Source: Ancylonema sp.
Lineage: Eukaryota
Assembly: GCA_050230475.1 (NCBI GenBank)
Contig: JBFLGF010000135.1
Span: 1-64,000 of the forward strand
Length of the DNA stretch: 64,000 nucleotides
Direction: 5' to 3'
Below the pieces are notes generated by a model, which saw only the letters and a program-made list of their open reading frames with translations, ran no database searches and was not told where the DNA came from. Numbering within the stretch: position 1 is the stretch's first letter; each line of letters opens with the position of its first letter. This document shows, piece by piece, positions 27,901-40,543 of the stretch. The position numbers and the translations under genes were made by a program.

Positions 27901-29220
27901 TCTTCGTTTTTCTTGGGTCAGTCTCTGCTGTAGTGACCTGTCTCTCCACAAGTATAGCAGGAATGTCCTCCACTTGATCCACTGCCTCCACCTGTGCCTC
28001 CACGACCACCTCTGATTCCACGATTATCTGCCGAATACCCCCTGAATGTACCCCTGCCTCCACGATTGTCGATACCACCACACCTCTGCCTTGGCTCCAC
28101 TTAGCATAGTTTGCTCTACAACTAGTGCCTCAGCATCTTTTACATCTTTTTCTTTCTTGTCGTCCAGCTCATCCATTCCCATCTTCTGCCCCCAGATCCA
28201 GCTGATCCCAGGTGCCTCTTTTTTCTGTCCATAGTAAACAACATGCCGTATTTTGTTCTTGACATGCCAGCTGATGTTCTTGACATGCCAGCAAACAATG
28301 CCATCACCTGATCTTCTGTAAATTTTTGATGTACACACCTGATAATCGACAGAAAAGTATTCTTCTTGATTTCTCTATCTGGCATCTTTTCATCGATCTT
28401 GAAAGAGTTCAGCTTTTCTTTTGCAATCTGTCGAAGTTCTGGAGACACCTTGTCATACTCCTTTGTCAGATAGTCCCACATCGCCGTTGGATCTCGTTCA
28501 AATTGTCAAGTGATGTAGCGATGTCATCATCACTGACAAGTTGCATGAGTAGCATAACTGCCTTCTGATCTTTTGCGGAAGCTTCTGACATCAAGTGTAT
28601 ACTGCTCCATTTCTGCTTCATTTGTTGGCCAGTGTTCATCATCATTTCTGGCTGTAACCTTAGTTGGAATAGTCTCTGTTCCTTTGCATATCTCAAGGCA
28701 CTCAGCATCATCAAGAGTAGCTGAGGCCTTAGATCTCCATGCTTGAAAGATAACTTTATCTCCATCTAGAATGCAGTACCGTGCTCTGATACCACTGTGA
28801 GTGCTTTCTTCTGCCATCGATGCAAGAATAAAGCACAACTCTCTCAGACAACTCTTGAATCGACAGATCACGTCATTAACGTTGACACAACAAAAGTGCA
28901 AGAGTTTGAAGTAGAAAAGTCTGATTACAGAATTTAGCAATACAAGCTCAGACCTAGTACAGTCGATTGTTGCCTGGTCAAAGAATCTGCCGGTATCGAA
29001 ACTACTTCGTCAATTGCCAATCATATCTAAGCCATTCTGCCACATCAACTAGTTCTTATCGACACTTGTGCCAGCTGGCCAAGTAATCATCGAAACAAGA
29101 ACATCGGCCTGCAGCCTCCCTGCAACCTGCATTTGCTGAATAACGACAAAACTAAAGCTAAATTCCCGGTATTGCTAAAATCGATATAACGACAAAAGTT
29201 CACAGCCCCTAAAAACTACA
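18908..29220 (-). mobile_element. Ty1/copia element B, internally deleted, with copia A nested in its 3' LTR
   Basis: 5' LTR 28796-29220. PBS TGGTATCAGAGC (iMet) at 28783-28794. Gag with CCHC knuckle, protease-like FLFDDGSSHH, HHCC (LHTRLGH...CEGCKLGK), RT end (YKSAMGNLLYL, RPDLAAAV) and RNase H (NPVFHKRSKHIEIKYH). PPT AGGGAGGGGG at about 25619-25628. 3' LTR is split into 25603-25618 plus 18908-19011. Confidence 0.92.
19012..25586 (+). mobile_element. Ty1/copia element A, full-length but degenerate
   Basis: LTRs 19012-19467 and 25148-25586. PBS GGTTATGGGCCCA at 19468-19480. Gag from 19725 with CCHC knuckles, integrase (WHHKLGH, IRTDKGGEY, EQNGICER), RT (YKVRLVAQGFLQ, QMDVITAFL, HVDD), RNase H to about 24440. 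PPT GAGGGGGTG. Several frameshifts and stops. Confidence 0.96.
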
Positions 29221-29761
29221 AGAAAGGCTACGTACATCGAGAAAATTGGTTTGTCAGATTGATGGACACGGCATGGCATTGAATGCTAGGATGTTTAATC
29301 AATGGGTTTTGGTTTTTGGGCAATTGCAAGAGGTCGCAACTTTTTTTTGAACCAATAACTTTTGAGAAAGATGTGTACCAAGTGGTTAAAAATGACGGAT
29401 TGGGGATGTACAGGCCTGTCGAAGATTTGCTAGACCGGTGTCGGATCAGTGGTGTGTGGCGCCAGAACGGGACATGGTGGGATAAGGAGGTCCTCGACGT
29501 GAAATATGCTCGAAATCGAAGTAAGGTTGAAAAACGGTCGCAACGTGATTTGCAATGATTGCGAAACTTGATTACACGCATGAAATCGGGCATATATTAA
29601 AATTCCGGGCAAATGTTCGTATTCCCGAATACTTGCATGACAACGTTACACAAAACGAAAATGATATTTTTGAACTGTAATGATGTTCACAAGTCCCGGC
29701 TCACTTCATTGACACAAATAAGTTGTCCTTGAATATTTGGACAATAACGGAAGGGCCCAAG

Positions 29762-32700
29762 TGTGAGAACTTTCTTCTGCCATCTTTGCAAGAATAAAGT
29801 TAAACTCTTAATCAATTCATGAATCAATAGATCACGACATTACAAGCATCAACACAGCAAAAGTGCAAGCTTGAGATAGAAAGTCTGATTACAAAATCTT
29901 GCGTGCAAGTCCACTCTTAGTACAGTTGAGTGTAATCGACTAAACGTCTAAGTCAACATATCGAATCTATGTGAGTCAACACCAATCACATCTAAGCATT
30001 ATGCGACATCGACTAAAACTTATCGACACTTATGTTGACTGGCCAGAGCTTGTCGACACAATCATTACTTACAAGTTCGGCCGCCACTTGCTGAATAACG
30101 ACAAGATCTCAAACATAGCTCCCCATGGCTGACTTACACCCCACCCCCTCTAAGCCTGCAGCCTCATCGATATCTCCAAGATTTGCAGACAATTTCACTC
30201 CCATCTCTAGAGAGGTGGCTGTTGAGTTGCAATCTTCCATGCCAAACTTGCTGAGTAGCTCCTTGCTATACTTTTCCTGGCACAAGAACACATTGCCATC
30301 TGGCTGTCTAATGATCTCGAACCCAAGCAAAAATTTCGCCTCCCCCAGATATTTCATGTTGTACTTGGCATTTAGCCCTCCTTTCACGCCAAAAAAAATC
30401 TCCAACAGGACACACAACAGAAAGACGTCGTCGACATAAAGCGCGAGGTACAAAACATCATCTCCTTCTCCCCGAATATACAACCCAAAGTCAGATGCAA
30501 GACGATGAAATTTGAGCTTTTTCAACACGTCGTCGATGTGCTGGTTCCATCCCCTCGGTGCTTATTTCAGGCCATACAGACATGTGAGCAGTAGCCACAC
30601 CATATTCTCCTCTCCTTAGCAACATGTGCCGTCTGGTGCCTCCATGTACACCTCCTCCTCCAGCGGTGCACACAGAAAGGTTGTCGTGACATCCATCTGG
30701 TAAATGGGCATCCCCTTCAACGCCCCCATCGCTACAAGTTGCCTAATACCTTCAAAGCGCACTCGTCTCCCTCAACTTGACTGAATCTCTTTGCGACTAC
30801 CCTGCCTTTAAACTTCTCAATAGTGCCATTTGTTTTTTTTTGGACCCTGAATACCCAATTTGACTTTACAATTTTCTTTCCTTTCGGCCGCGGAACCAAT
30901 CGATAGACTTGATTTTCTTTCAAGCTTCCCATTTTTGTTGCCATAGCTACTTCCCATTGAGCTCTCTCTCGACTTTCGAGTGCCTCTCTCACGGATGTTG
31001 GAGTTTTCACTTTTGTTTCCACGTTAGCAACAAATGCTCTAGCAAATATGTTTGGAGGAGCACTCCTGTTTGCTCTAGTATATCGTCGAGGCAGAGAGGG
31101 TGCATCTGAAGACTCATCATCGACGTCATCATCAGCACGTCCAAAGGATTAGTTGGAGTAGCGTCGTCTGGGTACAACTCAGGTTCATCTTCCAAGACAA
31201 CCTGATCATCATCACTCCCACTCGAGTTGCAGACAAGTTTTGGAAGTTCTTGATTCTGAGGAGGAACAACTCCTAGAAGCTGTGGTAAGGGATTTCTCAC
31301 AGCATCGGGGATCTGTTCATCGACAAAATGCAAGTTTTCTTGAGCCCGTTGCCCACTTTCAGAATTGCCTTCTCCCATTACCCTCTTGCAGAATTGGCCA
31401 TGTCATGCTTGAGACTTCCGGAGGATCATGGAGCTTCCTTTTTTCCCAACATTCTGGCCATACCACCAGCCAGCTTTCACCTCTTCATCGAAATTTGCAT
31501 GTGCAGCTCCAACAATGTGGACTTTGTTTGACACACGGTCCCACACTCGATGTCATGGACTGTCGGAATTCCATCCGACTAGCACTCCCATCCATGCCAG
31601 AGCTCCCATCTTTCCTTGCCTTTCCTGTTTCTCAAGTCTGACGTACACTTTGCAGCCAAAAGAGCGGAGATGATCAATTCTTGGAACATCTCCTTACCAC
31701 AGCTCCTCGGGTGTTTTGGAGAGACCACTGACTTGGCATCGATTTCGAAGGTAAGAAGCGAAGGAGATGGCTTCAGCCCAGAGTCTAGGAGGCACTTGCA
31801 TGTGTTGCGGAAATCGATTTTGCTCTATCTTGCAGAGTACGATTCATTCTTTCTGTGATGGCATTCCCTTGAGGTGTATTTGGTGGCGTTGTTTCATGTC
31901 TGACCCCTCTGTCTCTGAGCCGTTTTTCGAAGTCACCATTAATGAACTCTCCACCTCGATCAGATCTCAGATTTTTGACCGGCTTGCTAGATTGTCTCTC
32001 TTGAATTGCAATCCATTGCTTCAGACGAGGGCGTGCATCATCTTTGTGTTGAAGGATCTCTACCCATGATTTTATGCTGAACTCATCGACGATCACCATA
32101 TTGAAGTTCCCACCCCCAATCGATGCAGGTTTGAAAGGCCTTGCCAGATCCACCGACACTCTTCCCAGGCACACTTGCTCTCCTCCAACTACTTCTCGAC
32201 GTGGGTGAGGTTTGTCATGAGCTTTACCCAGCTTGCAGCCCTCACAATTTTTCATGATTCTTGAAATTCCACCCTCAAGTCCTCTCACAAGTTCATCTCG
32301 AAACATATTTTTCAGCACCCTCTCGTTCGCATGCCCTAGTCTGGTGTGGAGTCGATTGATGTCGATAGCAACTACAACAGACTCCCCCTCAATGCATTTT
32401 TGATGTCGAACTGGAGTGCGGATCAGAGTTTTGCGACCTGTCGATGTCTCTTGCAGCGTGCTGACGTGCGTCCCAGATTTGTTGAAGACAGGATTTATGC
32501 CCCCGGCCTTTCCAGTGCAGATATATGACCAGCCTGCTTCCCTTGCGTTTTTCCCGCCCAACACATTTACTCGCATGCCAAGGATGTACAGTCATTTCGG
32601 GAGAGTCACTCCGCCACATTCTCCATGTGTATTGAGCTCGACTGTTCCCAAGTGCTTGACACGAACACTGCCGATAAGATGATGCATGACAACCTTATGT

Positions 32701-35700
32701 GGAATGTCCTCGAGATTCTTGAAATGGCTTTTTTGTTCACTTGAATAATGACTAGAGCCATCGTCAAAGAGAAAGTCTTTTTTTACATCATCATGGACTG
32801 CTACATTCCCCTCGTAGATTTTTGCAACGATACCTTCGCCATGACCGCAACAATCATCATTTTCGACCTCAACTTCACCGACAAATGCATATTTTCTCCC
32901 TGTGCGCACCCCCTTTCTCTGCATGCGTGGAGCTTCTTTCTTTTTGTCGAACCAGGTGAACTTAACATGGCCGATCTTTCCACAGTATTTGCACTCAGCA
33001 TCTTTCTTTGCACAGTCTCTGTTGTAATTGCCTCTTTCTCCACATGTATAACATGAATGTCCTCCTCCATATCCACTACTGCCACCTCGTCCTCCTTGAC
33101 CACCTCTGCTCCCATGACTGCTCCCAAAATTTCCTTTGCTTGCACCTCTGCCTCCTCGACTGTCGATGCCTCCACCTCTGCCTCGATTTGAGAAAGACCG
33201 TCGAGCTGACCACTTGGCATAGTTGGCATCGGCCACCAACGCTATTGCATCTTTCACTCCCTACTCCTTTTTGTCATCTAGCTCGTCGACTCCCATCTGT
33301 GCCCAGATCCACTCGATTATAAAACGATTTGTCACTTAACACGGTAGCGCACAAGTTCACTGCTTTACAATACACGACAATAAACTGTACGGTAAAGCAC
33401 CAGCGTTTTGGTATGATGGTGAAATGTATATAGAAAAGCATTCTCGTCGGGCTAATGTACCCGACGAGGCGACAACGGTACAATGATTACTGAACACTTT
33501 TCTAACCGACGGTCGGAACTATCGACCGCCGTCGTGCTAGCGCACGTATGTCCACGGCAACCTGCCGGACTCGACTGTCACCACACAAATCCAGCTAATG
33601 GGGTGGTGACACCGCCTAGCATCCTACAACGATTACTAGCTTGGTCACGTCCGTGCAAGTGTGGACGTGCCGTGTGCGGACGGATGCCCGGGTATAGCAT
33701 TCCCGGCTCCGTGTCCTAAAAGACTCTAAGGCAATTTAGCCGGACATAGCAAACCAAGTTATTAACGTGCCTATCCGAACTCAATTCCTAACACACCCCC
33801 TCGGATGCACAGCCTTGTTTGCATTGTCTAGTGCAAAAGAGGACTACCCTATAATGTAGCCGGGTAGTTGGTCTTCCCTAGTCCAAATATAATCACTAGG
33901 GGCTCCTATCTATGTCATCTCAAATCATCACGCTTGAACGAACTTGAAGCGCTCCCGCTCCTTGTCGTTTTTCGGGCCGAAGAACATACAAACAAAAACA
34001 ACAAGTTAGTCGACAAACAAAAACATAAAAAGTTGATTTCTTGACTTTCCAGTTTTGAGTCAGACAATTTAAACCTGCATAACTTCTTGAATAGATAACA
34101 AATCACTCTCAGACTTTGACACAACACTCACAAAGGCAATATCAACATATATGCGGAGATTCAGCTTTAAAAAAGTTCAGATGCAAAAGTCCAGTTTTCA
34201 GACCTTAACTTTCTTACATTTTTCTGGACTTAAAACATTTTAAGGTTTGAGAGTTGGAAAGGACTCAGCTTTGAAAACAATAGTAGTCCTCCACTTCTGT
34301 ATCACACAAATCACCCCCTGCCAGACTAGGCAGTGGATCCGAAAGATCCTCACCAGCACCACCTGTTTATTTGACTTTTCCAAAACCTACAAACTTCGTG
34401 TGCCTATCTAGCAAGAGTTGAGGCAAAGCCTTAGTCAACATATCTGCTGGCTGCAATTCCCCACTAAGATGTACATATCGCAGTCGACCACCTTTTCTGT
34501 GGCACTCCCTGACCCAGTAATAGACCACGTTAAAGTGTTTGGCCTTCTGGCGTTGGACGGGGTTGATGATCATGGACAAGGCAGAGTTTGAGTCAGTATG
34601 AACAGTACAGTAATCTGGACTGGCATTTTAAGCTCATGGAGTAGTGACTTAAGGTAGCAACACTCTTTAGTGACACTACATGCTGCACTATACTCTGCTT
34701 TTGCCGTACTTTGTGCCACGGTGGATTGTTTTTGACTTTTCTAGCTGAGGACTGTCCCTCCTACTGTGGTGACCCATCCTGTGACTGACTTAGCTATCAT
34801 GGGGCAACTGTTGTAACTCGCATCACAAAACCCCTTTATTTCCAAGCGTTTCTTGCCTACAAACGTAAGACCGTGATCCTGAGTACCCTTTAGATAGCGG
34901 AAGAGGTGGTGAAGTGCCTTGATATGATTAGGACCAGGGTTGGACATGTGTTTTGCTACCACCCCTACGGTGTACGCAATGTCTAACCTGGTGTGTTTCA
35001 TAGCATAGATGAAACTTCCTATTTTCCCTCTAAAGTCTGCGATAATTTCAGGGGAAGGGGGGAATGAGGGTTCATCACTTAGGTAGAATTGGGTTCTAGG
35101 GGCAAGAGGAAGTTTGGTGGGGTTACAATCCCCCATACCATACCGATCCAGCACTTGCCGCACGTACCCGCCGTGAAAAAAGCGTTAACATCCTGCACCC
35201 CCTGTCACGTCTCACTTCCACCCCTAGGATGTGGGTTAGGGGACCTAAGTCTTTTATTTTGAAAGCTGGCCCTAACTCCTTCTTGAACTCAGCAATGACC
35301 TTCTTATTAGGACCTACATGACCTCATCATCTACATGAATACCCAAAATAATTCTGCTCTGACTCTCACCCCTGGTATATATACAAGTGTCCATAATAGA
35401 CTGTGTGAACCCCACTTTCAGCATAAACTCACTAAACATTTTAGCCCAGACGTGGCTACTCTAGTTAAGGCCATATAGGGCACCTCGCACTCTTAACACC
35501 TTTCCCTCACTACCACCTCGGATTTTCATACCCGGGGGAATCGTCATGTAAACCTCTTCCTCTAACCGACCATGCACAAATGCAGTCACTACGTCCATAC
35601 CCTCAATTTCCCAGTCATTATGGTTAGCTATTGCAAGTAGCAAGGAAATGGAAGTGCTATCTACGATAGGTGCAAAAACCTCGTTATAGTCGACACCCTC

Positions 35701-38700
35701 TTGCTGCAAAAATCCCTGAGCTACCAGTCTGACCCTGTGTCTCTCAATCTCACCAGAAGGCAAGAGTTTGAGTTTGAAGACGTACTTACAGCCAACAGGC
35801 CGTTTTCCGGGTGGAAGCACACACACTTCGAAGGTCTGGAAATCTCTTTCAGCGACTGCAACTCAGTCTGAATAGTATCCTCCCACTGCTGCCAATCAGG
35901 TCGTTTCTTTGCTTGGTTAAGGGTGAGTGGGTCAAAAGAGTTAGCTGTCTGGCTAGCAAGAACATAACCTGGATCAAGTGGCCCATTAAAACCCGTGAAA
36001 AAACAGGATGGCTCAAAGTTGTCAAGAGGCATCTCCCCACATGCAATAGCGTCAATGACATCCTCATCTAACTCTTCCCCATCACATCAGCATACATCCC
36101 CAAACTCAGCAAAGTTTACCCGACGCCTGGCCATCACGCGATCTGCGATACTCTGATCCTCCACTCCCGCTTCAGCATCCTCACCCCCTGCTTGCACCTC
36201 TTCCTCCTCCTCCGCACCCCCCATATCATTGATCCCTGACTCCGAGAGCTCGATGACTTCTGGCTGGTGTGGCTGGACGGCTGGTACATGGGCTGCAGGG
36301 GCTGCTGGGACTACTACGACATGGCCTGGTGTTCTGGCTACTGCTGCTGGGTCATCATCTTCCTCACACGGGAAGAGTTTGAAAAATTGTTCATTTGAGA
36401 GAAGGGAAAGTGGCTGCGCTGCTGCCTTCTGCCCCATCAATCGGGGGTAGCTTAGCACGAAGTCGTAGAAACGCACGTCTATCCTCACGATGAGACCAGC
36501 TCGCAGGGGATCGAAAATCGTGTACCCTGCTTGACCAGCTGCCATCCCCAGAAACACCCCAAAAGCTGTCCTAGATGCAAACTTAGCACTCTTAGGGTCC
36601 TTATCATGACCAACTTTCAAATACTAGACCAGGCACCCGAATGTGTGGCTGTCCTGATACCTAACCTTCTTCTTTGACCAAACTTCACTTGGTTTCTCAC
36701 CCCCCCATGCTGCTGTCGGTGACCTATTCCTGAGCCAGTTTGCATGCAACACGGTAACATCCCAATAAGACTTAGGTAGTCCACTCTACAGCAGCAGGCA
36801 TCTCATCTTCTCTAGCAAGGTTCTATTCAGCCGCTCACAAATCCCATTCTGTTCAAGACTGTACGGACCTGTTTACTCATGCTTAAATCCTTTACTCTTA
36901 GCAAACTTAGTCCACTCATGTGAGTCATACTCCCCTCCCATGTCAGTCCTGATCGACTTAAGCGGTAAATTAGACAAGACCTCTAGCATCTGGACCAACT
37001 CCCTGGTAACTTCCAGTGCCTCACTCTTTTTCTTCAGCAGACTCACGAAAGACACTCTTGTGCTGACTTCTATCCCTGACTAGAAATACTGGTACCCCCC
37101 ATTTGCTGACATTACAGCCAAAGGCCCTACCAGATCCAAGTGGATTCTTCCCGTCTTCTGTGAATGACCTAGATCCTCATCACTGTCCGACCTAGACCGG
37201 TGTGGGAGCAGAGTCATCTTGCCCTGGCTACAGATCTGACAGTTCTTAACCTGCTCGACCTCCTCTACAGTCAGTCTCGGTATATCGCCACTTTCTAGAC
37301 ATGTCTGACATAGCATGAAGACCCGGGTGACCCAGTCTGATGTGCTAGAGCATGCCAGTAGACGTGGTCAGTGCCACAATGGCTTTGAAGCTGTAGGTGG
37401 GAGATGAACGACATGCACAAAAAGCAGGAGTAACCCTGAACTGGTTTTCATAACATCTGCCCACTTTTCACCCCCCAAAGACAAAGATGGCACCCCACTC
37501 TCACTGAGATTGAAGCCAATTTGAGCACCCTTGTTGAGCTTGTTGACGGAGACGAGGGTCTGGCCCAGCGATGGCACATGCAGCGACCGCAGCCCAAAGT
37601 AGAATTTCCTGTCTCCGCAGGTCACCTGGATCGCGACGATCCCAATTCCCATAACCTGATGGGGTCTGTTGTCAGCCGTTCTGACGAAGCTGCAGCTGAG
37701 GGGGACATTGGAGTCGTAAGAATGGAACTGGTCGCGTCGAGGGAAGACGTGGTCCGTGGCCCCTGTGTCGAGGATCAGATACTGCCCCTCCTGCGATGCC
37801 GACAGCACCTGACTGCTGCTCGGGAATATGGCCATTCCAAAATGCCCCTCTCCTACTCCTCCTTTGAATTCGAGTGCAGCTTTTCCGAAGCTCTGCACTC
37901 CTGCAAAATTTGCCCATCTAACTTGGCTAGCAGCATCCTGCCTCATCACAGTGCAAGCTTCATGCTCATGCCCGGGTCGCTTGCAGTAGGTACACGACAG
38001 GGCATTCTACTGCTGTTGTCCTCCTTGCTGCCGAGTTTTCCCATACTGCTGGCCTCCGCCACGTCCTCCACCGTACTGCTGCTGCCCTCCTTGATGTCGT
38101 CCCTGCCCCCCTGACAGCGGGCTATCGTGCCGCAGTGGTCGTCGGCAGTCTCGCATGAGGTGGCCTGGCGCATTGCAGTTGTGGCATTTCTTCTGAGGTC
38201 CAGCTCCTCGAGCCTGGCCACTTCCCTCTCCGTTCGGACACCTAGTGCGATAGTGGCCGAACTGTTGGCAACCGTGGCAACGCACGTTGCTCAAATCTGG
38301 CCCTTGCTAGGGCCTGCCGCTAGGTCCGGCTCCGCCAGATCCGCCGTAGTGAGCTTACGGACCACCGAGAGGCTCGCCACGCTTCCGCGCGCTGACGATG
38401 AGCTTGGTGTCTTTTCGCTGCAGAGCTGAGGTGATGTGGGGGATTGTGTAGAGGGTCGGAGAAGACTCTGCCCAGCTCTGAACGACCTCCACCATGGAGT
38501 CGTAGCGGGAGCTGAGGCAGTTTATCAAGTTCGTCGCCTGGTCTGCTTCGCTGACTGGCTTCCCCAGGTGCGCAAGCTCTCCATGGATGACCTGCTCGGC
38601 CTCTCCCATTACCGTAGCACTCAGTTTAGCCAGGGCCTTAGCTACTTCAATAACGCCCTGGACTTCATAAAAGGATGCAAGGTTGTTCCACATTTCAAAT

Positions 38701-40543
38701 GCGTAGTTACAATCTCTAACATTGTTAGACCCGGGAGGGGAAAGGATCTGGACCTGCTCTGATGGACCTAAGAACCTAACAATGTAGGCCTGCGCCTTTA
38801 AATCGTGCGCATCCTAAGCATCAACAAGCAAATTTCTAGCATCGACATTCTGTTGGTGTGTATTGGCACCAGCTATTCTAGCTGCAGCATCACCAAGCAA
38901 TGTATCGACTGCTGCCTGTGTCAGCGGCTCGATAACAACCGGGCGAGGTATTCTCGTCCTCCCCTTGAAGTCGATGCAGCTCTTTTTCGATCAGGCCGAA
39001 CCTGACCTTAAAGGCCCATCCCTGATATGCTGCTCCGGTGATTTGGGGAATATTTGTCTTATCCGCCATCTACACCAGAGTTAATACACAAATTCTAACA
39101 CAAATATGCAGCAGCTAACAGCTCTAGCAAAACTTTGGCGGCAATTCGGAACACGAAGCTCTCAGCTCACAATGCAAAAAATAAAAACAGAACGTAATTC
39201 AAGAATTACGAGCCTAGCAATTCCGGATCTAATTGCCCTAATAATTAGGCACAATTTACCTTGATTTCCAGAGCAACTTTGCCTGCGCGTGAAAACGTAG
39301 AAATCTATAGGATCCGACCGCTCGGATGTCCTAGACAATATGTGGGCCCATAACCTAAAACGATTTGTCACTTAACACGGTAGCGCACAAGTTCATTGCT
39401 TTACAATACACGACAATAAACTGTACGGTAAAGCAACATCGTTTTGGTATTGTAAATTGTATTTAGAAAAGATTCTCGTCGGGCTAATGTACCCGACGAG
39501 GCGACAACGGTACAATGATTACTGAACACTTTTCTAACCGACGGTCGGAACTATCGACCGCCGTCGTGCTACCGCAGGTGTGTCCACGGCAACCTGCCGG
39601 ACTCGACTGTCACCACACGAATCCAGCTTATGGGGTGGTGACACCGCCTAACATCCTACAACGACTACTAGCTTGGTCACGTCCGTGCAAGTGTGGACGT
39701 GCCGCCGTGTGCGGACGGATGCCCGGGTATAGCATTCCCGGCTCCGTGTCCTAAAAGACTCTAAGGCAATTTAGCCGGACATAGCAAACAACAAGTTATT
39801 GTGCCTATCCGAACTCAATTCCTCCTGACAGATTACAGGTGCCTCTTTGTGTCCATAGTACAACTTCTTTAGTAGTCCATACTTGGTTCTTGCCATTCCA
39901 ACACACAACGTCCTCACCTGGTCTTCCTTGCTGACCGTGTACTTTTGATGTGTGCACTCTCGCAAAATCGATAAAAACTCCAGCTTGATATCTCGCACTG
40001 ACAACTTCTCAATTACCGTGAATGAGTTTAGCTTCTCCTTGGAACGCTGTTGAAGTTCCGGAGTTAGTTTGTCATATTCATCTTTAAAGTAATTCCACAT
40101 CGATTTAAGATCTCTTTCATACTGCTCTAGCATTGTGGCAATATCCTCGCTGACAAGTGACATCAGCAACATCACAACCTTCTTTGTTCTTTTTCGAAAG
40201 CTCTTGACATCGATAGAGTACTGATCCACTTCTGCTCCGTTAATCATCTAGTTTTCCTCAGCATAATTTGGTAACACCTCTTTTGGTACTATCTATGTTT
40301 CCTTGTAGATCTCAAGACAATCAGCATCGTCAAGAATCGGTGATGCCTGAGATCTCTATGCCTAGAAAGGTACTTTCTCTCCATCCAGGATGCAGTATCT
40401 TGCTCTGAAACCACTTTGAGAACTTTCTTATGCCATCTTTCCAATAATAAAGTTCAACTCTTAATCAACTCATGAATCAATCGATCACGAAATTACAAGC
40501 ATCAATAAAACAAAAGTGCAAGCTTGAGATATAAAGTATGATT
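29762..40543 (-). mobile_element. Ty1/copia element C (B family), with copia D nested in gag
   Basis: Partial 3' LTR 29762-30105. RT (LYVDD) 30109-31022, integrase (LRSDRGGEF, PQGNAITER) about 31785-32576, gag 32592-33319 plus 39831-40435. Mutated PBS TGGTTTCAGAGC at 40402-40413. 5' LTR remnant 40415-40543. Gag rejoins across D as EAPVIEWIWAQMGVDELDDKK. Confidence 0.9.
33320..39830 (-). mobile_element. Ty1/copia element D (A family), full-length but degenerate
   Basis: LTRs 33320-33793 and 39356-39830. Perfect 5-bp TSD GATTA. PBS GGTTATGGGCCCA at 39343-39355. Gag CCHC, protease ILDTGATDH, integrase IRTDMGGEY, RT RVRLVAQGFLQ, RNase H to 34367. PPT identical to element A. Confidence 0.96.
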
